Shown one piece after another: positions 59,841 through 64,000 of a stretch of 64,000 bases of DNA (positions are counted from its first letter, which is position 1; each line of letters begins with the position of its first letter). Under the pieces are notes generated by a model. It was not told the DNA's origin. It searched no databases and saw only the letters and a list, made by a program, of their open reading frames with translations. Origin of the DNA: an uncultured Pseudomonadota bacterium (GTDB taxonomy: Bacteria; Pseudomonadota; Alphaproteobacteria; Rhizobiales; Hyphomicrobiaceae); NCBI GenBank assembly GCA_963846845.1, contig CAWJXQ010000013.1, positions 98,338-162,337 of the forward strand, in the 5' to 3' direction. A program made the position numbers and the translations under genes.

Positions 59841-60827
59841 TCAGGTAGACGCTTCAGCGACCGCGCCGGGCGGATCGGCATGTGTTCCCCCGGCCGATGC
59901 ATCACCCCACAACCAGGCTGCACCGCGCACCCCGCCGGCATCGCCCCACACCGGCGGCTTGATCGCGACGGATGGCCTGTCCGAAAGAATCCACGGCGCC
60001 ATTTTGTCCGGCAACACGTCGTAGAGATGCGTCAGGCGGGAGAGGCCTCCACCCAGCACGATCACGTCCGGGTCGGTGATGTTGACGATCAACGCCAGCC
60101 CGCGCGCCAGTCGCGACGCGTGCCGCTCCAACGTTGCCGCCGCCACCGCGTCACCCTCCTGCGCACGCGCCGAGATGTCCGTCGCACTCAGCCTGTCACC
60201 GGTTGCGCGCGTATGATCGGCCTCCAGAAACGGCCCGGCGACCCAGGTTTCCATGCAGCCGCGCCGGCCGCAAAAGCACAACTCGCCGGGATGCTCGTCA
60301 GCCTCGGACCACGGCAGCGGCATGTGACCCCACTCGCCCCCGGTTCCATTGGGCCCGTCGACGATGTGCTGGTCAACCACGAGGCCGCCACCTGTTCCCG
60401 TTCCCAGGATCACGCCAAACACGGTGCGCGCACCGGCCCCTGCACCATCGACGGCCTCAGACAGCGCAAAGCAGTTTGCATCATTGGCCACGCGCACGGG
60501 CCGCGCCAGCGCCGCCGCCAGGTCCTTGGCGAAAGGCTTGCCGTTCAACCACGTGGAGTTGGCATTCTGGCCAAGCCCCGTGCGCGGCGAGATCGAGCCC
60601 GGCATGCCAAGGCCCACCGTCGCATTGGCACCACCTTCCGCTTCGAGGCGCTCCACCAACTCGCGCAGGGTTCTCAACGTCCCGTGATAGTCGTGCCGCG
60701 GGGTCTTGATGCGCTGGCGCGCCAGCTCGCGGCCCTCCAGGTCGATCAACAAGCCCTCGATCTTCGTGCCGCCGAGATCGATGCCGATACGGCCGGTAGC
60801 GTCCGTCTTAGTGCGGCTCAAAACCAA
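59841..60827 (-). CDS. ROK-family sugar kinase
   Basis: IGIDLGGTKIEG, VANDANCFALSEA, GTGTGGGLV, and the zinc motif GEWGHMPL...CFCGRRGCMETWVAG. Confidence 0.85.
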   Translation of the reverse strand: MVLSRTKTDATGRIGIDLGGTKIEGLLIDLEGRELARQRIKTPRHDYHGTLRTLRELVERLEAEGGANATVGLGMPGSISPRTGLGQNANSTWLNGKPFAKDLAAALARPVRVANDANCFALSEAVDGAGAGARTVFGVILGTGTGGGLVVDQHIVDGPNGTGGEWGHMPLPWSEADEHPGELCFCGRRGCMETWVAGPFLEADHTRATGDRLSATDISARAQEGDAVAAATLERHASRLARGLALIVNITDPDVIVLGGGLSRLTHLYDVLPDKMAPWILSDRPSVAIKPPVWGDAGGVRGAAWLWGDASAGGTHADPPGAVAEAST

Positions 60828-61138
60828 ACTCCTGGATTGCTTACTCCCGATAACAAAGCGCGCGCGGTTTCGATCCGCTCGGGCTTGACGCCTTCTTCGG
60901 CGGCAAAGACCAAAAGCAGCGATTGGTCGCCCATCAGATGGTCCAACACCGCAATTAATGTTTCCGTTTCGCCAGCTTGCGCACGCAATTGCTCTGGCTC
61001 CAGTCCCGTCAAACGCAGAAAGCGCGTGATCCGGGCTTCGTCACTCGCCAGAAAACCGAGCGCTTTCAACGCCAAAGTGCCCGCATCGTCCTTCGTAAAC
61101 GATTGTTTAGCTATCCGCACCTCGACATCCCCAAGCAA
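60818..61138 (-). CDS. DUF3572 domain-containing protein
   Basis: 106 aa. ALKALGFLASDEARITRFLRLTGLEPEQLRAQAGETETLIAVLDHLMGDQSLLLVFA is recalled as DUF3572. Confidence 0.6.
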   Translation of the reverse strand: MLGDVEVRIAKQSFTKDDAGTLALKALGFLASDEARITRFLRLTGLEPEQLRAQAGETETLIAVLDHLMGDQSLLLVFAAEEGVKPERIETARALLSGVSNPGVWF

Positions 61139-61317
61139 GATGAATCTCAGAGAGTTTTAAGCAGTTACTTACGGCTTTGCGTCTACATTTTCCTCTGATC
61201 ACCGAAGTCAGAATCGGTGCACAAGGAATTGACATGGGGGCGGCGGGCGTCACTGCGATGACCTACCAACAGACCAGACTTGGCACGGAACCTGGCGCGC
61301 AACCAATGCGAGCGAGC

Positions 61318-61689
61318 ATGAAAAGCGTGCTCATTGTGGAAGACAACGAGCTCAACATGAAGCTCTTCCACGACCTGCTCAGCGCGCACGGCTACCAGAC
61401 AATCCTCACGCGGCACGGGTTGGATGCCATTTCGCTGGCACGCACGCACCGGCCGAACCTCATTCTGATGGATATCCAGCTGCCCGAGATCTCAGGTCTC
61501 GAAGTCACGCGCTGGCTCAAGGAAGACGACGATCTGAAGAACATACCCGTCATCGCCGTCACCGCATACGCGATGAAAGGCGACGAGGAACGCATCCGCT
61601 CCGGCGGCTGCGAGGCATACGTATCCAAGCCCATTTCCGTCAGCATGTTTCTTGAAACGGTGCGGCGGTTTATCGGGGACGCAAACTGA
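61318..61689 (+). CDS. divK: Single-domain cell-cycle response regulator DivK
   Basis: [27 protein letters not shown]...[61 protein letters not shown] is near-identical in pattern to Caulobacter DivK. It is followed by pleD. Confidence 0.9.
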   Translation: MKSVLIVEDNELNMKLFHDLLSAHGYQTILTRHGLDAISLARTHRPNLILMDIQLPEISGLEVTRWLKEDDDLKNIPVIAVTAYAMKGDEERIRSGGCEAYVSKPISVSMFLETVRRFIGDAN

Positions 61690-61717
61690 ACGATTTGTTT
61701 TTGAGTTGGTGAGTTCA

Positions 61718-63088
61718 ATGACGGCCCGCATACTTGTAGTCGACGATTTGCTCGTCAACGTGAAACTATTAGAGGCTCGGCTCAGTGCCGAGTACTATGA
61801 CGTTCTCACAGCGAACAGCGGCCAGGAAGCTCTCGACATCTGCGCTCGCGAGCGCGTCGACATCGTTCTCCTCGACGTCATGATGCCCGGCCTCGACGGC
61901 TTCGAGACGTGCCGCCGGCTCAAGACCGATCCAGCAACCCAGCACATTCCCGTCATCATGGTCACGGCACTCGACCAGGCCGCAGACCGCGTTCGCTGCC
62001 TCGAGTTCGGCGCCGACGACTTCCTGACGAAGCCAGTTGACGACCTGGCACTCATCACGCGCGTCCGCAACCTGACGCGCCTCAAGATGCTCAACGACGA
62101 AATGCTGATGCGTGCCTCCACGCGCCGTTCCATGGGCCTCGTCGATCAGGTAGCCCTGGAAGCAGCGCTGCAGCAGAGCCGCGGGCGCATCGTCGTCGTC
62201 GACGACCACGAGCGATCGGCAAGCCGCCTCAATGAAGTCCTCAGTGCTCATCACGAGGTGACGGTCGAGGCCCATGCCGACACCGCTAACGCCCGGATCA
62301 CGGAAGACAAGTTCGATCTCGCCATCGTCTCCATGAGCCTCACAGGCTCTGACGGCATGCGCCTGTGCTCGCAGTTGAGGACGCGCGAGAACACGCGCCA
62401 TCTGCCGATTATCATGCTGGTCGAGCCGCAGAACGAGGCCCGCCTGCTCCGTGGCCTCGATCTCGGCGTAACGGATTATCTGATCCGCCCCATCGACCGC
62501 CAGGAACTGCTGGCGCGCGTGCACACGCAGATCAAGCGCAAGCGCTACTCTGACTACCTGCGCAAGCGGCTGGAGTCGTGCTTCGAGCTGTCGATCATGG
62601 ATCCGCTGACGCAACTGCACAATCGGCGGTATCTCGACAGTCACCTCAACACGCTGGTCAGCGAGGCGAAGGCCAACGACCGTCCGCTCAGCGTCCTCAT
62701 GGTCGACGTCGACCACTTCAAGGCCGTCAACGATACGTACGGCCATGACGCCGGCGACGTCATCCTGCGCGAGTGCGGCGCCCGGTTGCGCCAGAACACG
62801 CGCGGCGTCGATCTGGCGGCCCGCGTCGGCGGCGAAGAATTCGTTATCGTGATGCCGGACACCGATCGCGTACGCGCAGCCGTCATCGGCGAGCGTCTTC
62901 GCGCCAGCATCGCCGAACTGCCTTTCAAGGTGAACGACGACATCACGCTGCGTATTACGGCCAGCGTCGGGCTTGGAAGCCTCGATGATCCCGAGGACAC
63001 TCCAGAGACGCTTTTGAAGCGTGCGGACAAGGCGCTGTACGCTGCCAAGCGGCACGGCAGAAACCGGGTTTCAGCTGACGCGGCCTGA
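61718..63088 (+). CDS. pleD: Response regulator diguanylate cyclase PleD (REC-REC-GGDEF)
   Basis: Two receiver domains plus a GGDEF domain (RVGGEEFVIVMP), with an I-site-like RECGARLRQNTRGVD upstream. Sits in the conserved divK-pleD arrangement. Confidence 0.9.
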   Translation: MTARILVVDDLLVNVKLLEARLSAEYYDVLTANSGQEALDICARERVDIVLLDVMMPGLDGFETCRRLKTDPATQHIPVIMVTALDQAADRVRCLEFGADDFLTKPVDDLALITRVRNLTRLKMLNDEMLMRASTRRSMGLVDQVALEAALQQSRGRIVVVDDHERSASRLNEVLSAHHEVTVEAHADTANARITEDKFDLAIVSMSLTGSDGMRLCSQLRTRENTRHLPIIMLVEPQNEARLLRGLDLGVTDYLIRPIDRQELLARVHTQIKRKRYSDYLRKRLESCFELSIMDPLTQLHNRRYLDSHLNTLVSEAKANDRPLSVLMVDVDHFKAVNDTYGHDAGDVILRECGARLRQNTRGVDLAARVGGEEFVIVMPDTDRVRAAVIGERLRASIAELPFKVNDDITLRITASVGLGSLDDPEDTPETLLKRADKALYAAKRHGRNRVSADAA

Positions 63089-63747
63089 GCGGCTGAAGTT
63101 AAGCGGATAGCCAATCAGTCTATTGATATTGCTGGGTATAGTCTAAGTCCGCTCAAAGACAATCTTTTGGCGAAATTGTGACCAGCGGACTGGAAAAACC
63201 CTTGCCGAATCAGGCCTGTCAATAGGCAACTTGCAACGCAAGACCACTTCTGTCAGATTGTGTGTCCTGCACCCACAATCGTTGAGTGGACTTGGGTGCG
63301 GGCGGTCTCTGATGCGGTAGACCGACTGTCGAATTTTATGAGCTTGAAGCCGAGCAAATATACGTGGCTTGGAAATTGGTTTCCCGCGACCCGTTGGGTT
63401 CGCCGCATCTCCTAATGGAGCGGGGAAATCGTGGTTGGGCACTAGCGGCTGAAGAGACCTCCTCGTTTAGGCTGCACTAGACCGGCTACGACACCAAATG
63501 GGAAGTCAACGCCCTCTTTGACAACCTGTTTGGTCACTAGGCCAGGGTCCGTGGGTTACTCGGAATGCTTACCCCGCTGCCGAGCGATTGCGGACCCTGG
63601 TCAAGTCTCTCGAAATAGAGAGACGCAAAACCAGCAGCTGAAACACATCCACGCCGTTTGCGATCGCGCTCAGCGCAGTCGCATCGCCTCTTTGCATCGA
63701 TTGAATTCAGGTGACGTAAGTGTCAGTCCGCTTGGGACTAAACCAGC

Positions 63748-63915
63748 TTACTTAATTTTGGTTTCCTTGAACTCGACGTGCTTGCGCACGACAGGGTCGT
63801 ACTTCTTGAAAACGATCTTCTCGGTGGACGTACGCGGGTTCTTCTTCGTGACGTAGAAGAAGCCGGTGCCGGCCGTCGAAAGCAATTTAATCTTCTGCGT
63901 GATCTGCTTAGCCAT
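63748..63915 (-). CDS. rpmG: 50S ribosomal protein L33
   Basis: [55 protein letters not shown] (55 aa), a classic L33. Confidence 0.9.
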   Translation of the reverse strand: MAKQITQKIKLLSTAGTGFFYVTKKNPRTSTEKIVFKKYDPVVRKHVEFKETKIK

Positions 63916-64000
63916 TGGGAACTTTAACCTTGGATGTCTTTGCTTGCGCGCACACGCGCGCACAGTGTTGGGGTTCCGCGCAAATGCGCGCAGTGTTGGG

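Noticed and set aside
61139-61317. CtrA-box-like TTAAGCAGTTACTTAC upstream of divK; also TTAATTTAAC near 48184
   Set aside because: Neither fits TTAA-N7-TTAA. The second half-site is CTTA in one and the spacing is wrong in the other. This is not enough to call a CtrA site.

Overview
High-GC alphaproteobacterial chromosome segment (about 60-65% GC by eye, not computed). Gene content and repeat families look Bradyrhizobiaceae/Nitrobacteraceae-like; that placement is from memory of family motifs, since no search was possible. I can support about 70 protein genes.

Most are core or envelope functions:
- Envelope and cell cycle: two tandem RlpA-like genes, bactofilin, an L,D-transpeptidase, an OmpA-like protein, DUF1134 (EipA-like), a polysaccharide deacetylase, DUF1849 (EipB-like), and divK-pleD.
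- Transport and metabolism: chrA, corA, ppk2, phaZ, phrB, a PhzF-like gene, kpsF, hemH, an SPFH/NfeD pair, a POT peptide transporter, pip, a ROK kinase and rpmG.
- thiC sits behind a clear TPP riboswitch.
- A MoxR-DUF58-BatA_N/DUF4159-large membrane protein module.

RNA genes are tRNA-Gln(UUG) and a tRNA-Pro(CGG) interrupted by a 693-bp remnant of an integrated element.

Accessory content:
- A vapBC pair.
- A few orphan secreted proteins.
- An orphan tadE/tadG pair.
- Two copies of a roughly 130-bp MITE-like inverted-repeat element.
- A REP-like palindrome embedded in frame in thiC.

The most important caveat is that at least about 30 single-base frame disruptions hit conserved genes. They cluster at 20.1-30.4 kb and 40.5-55 kb. 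I think these are more likely consensus errors than real pseudogenes, but I cannot decide that from sequence alone.

I did not find a clear-cut, complete, previously undescribed multi-gene system. The best leads are:
- A riboswitch-controlled 4-TM protein translationally coupled to thiC.
- The split tRNA-Pro with a truncated OLD/Toprim-like gene.
- A triple tandem repeat in front of a His-rich mini-protein.
- The uncharacterised MoxR/DUF58/DUF4159 module.
- Two long, structured, ORF-free spacers.

All product calls rest on motif recognition in the translated ORFs, not on database hits.
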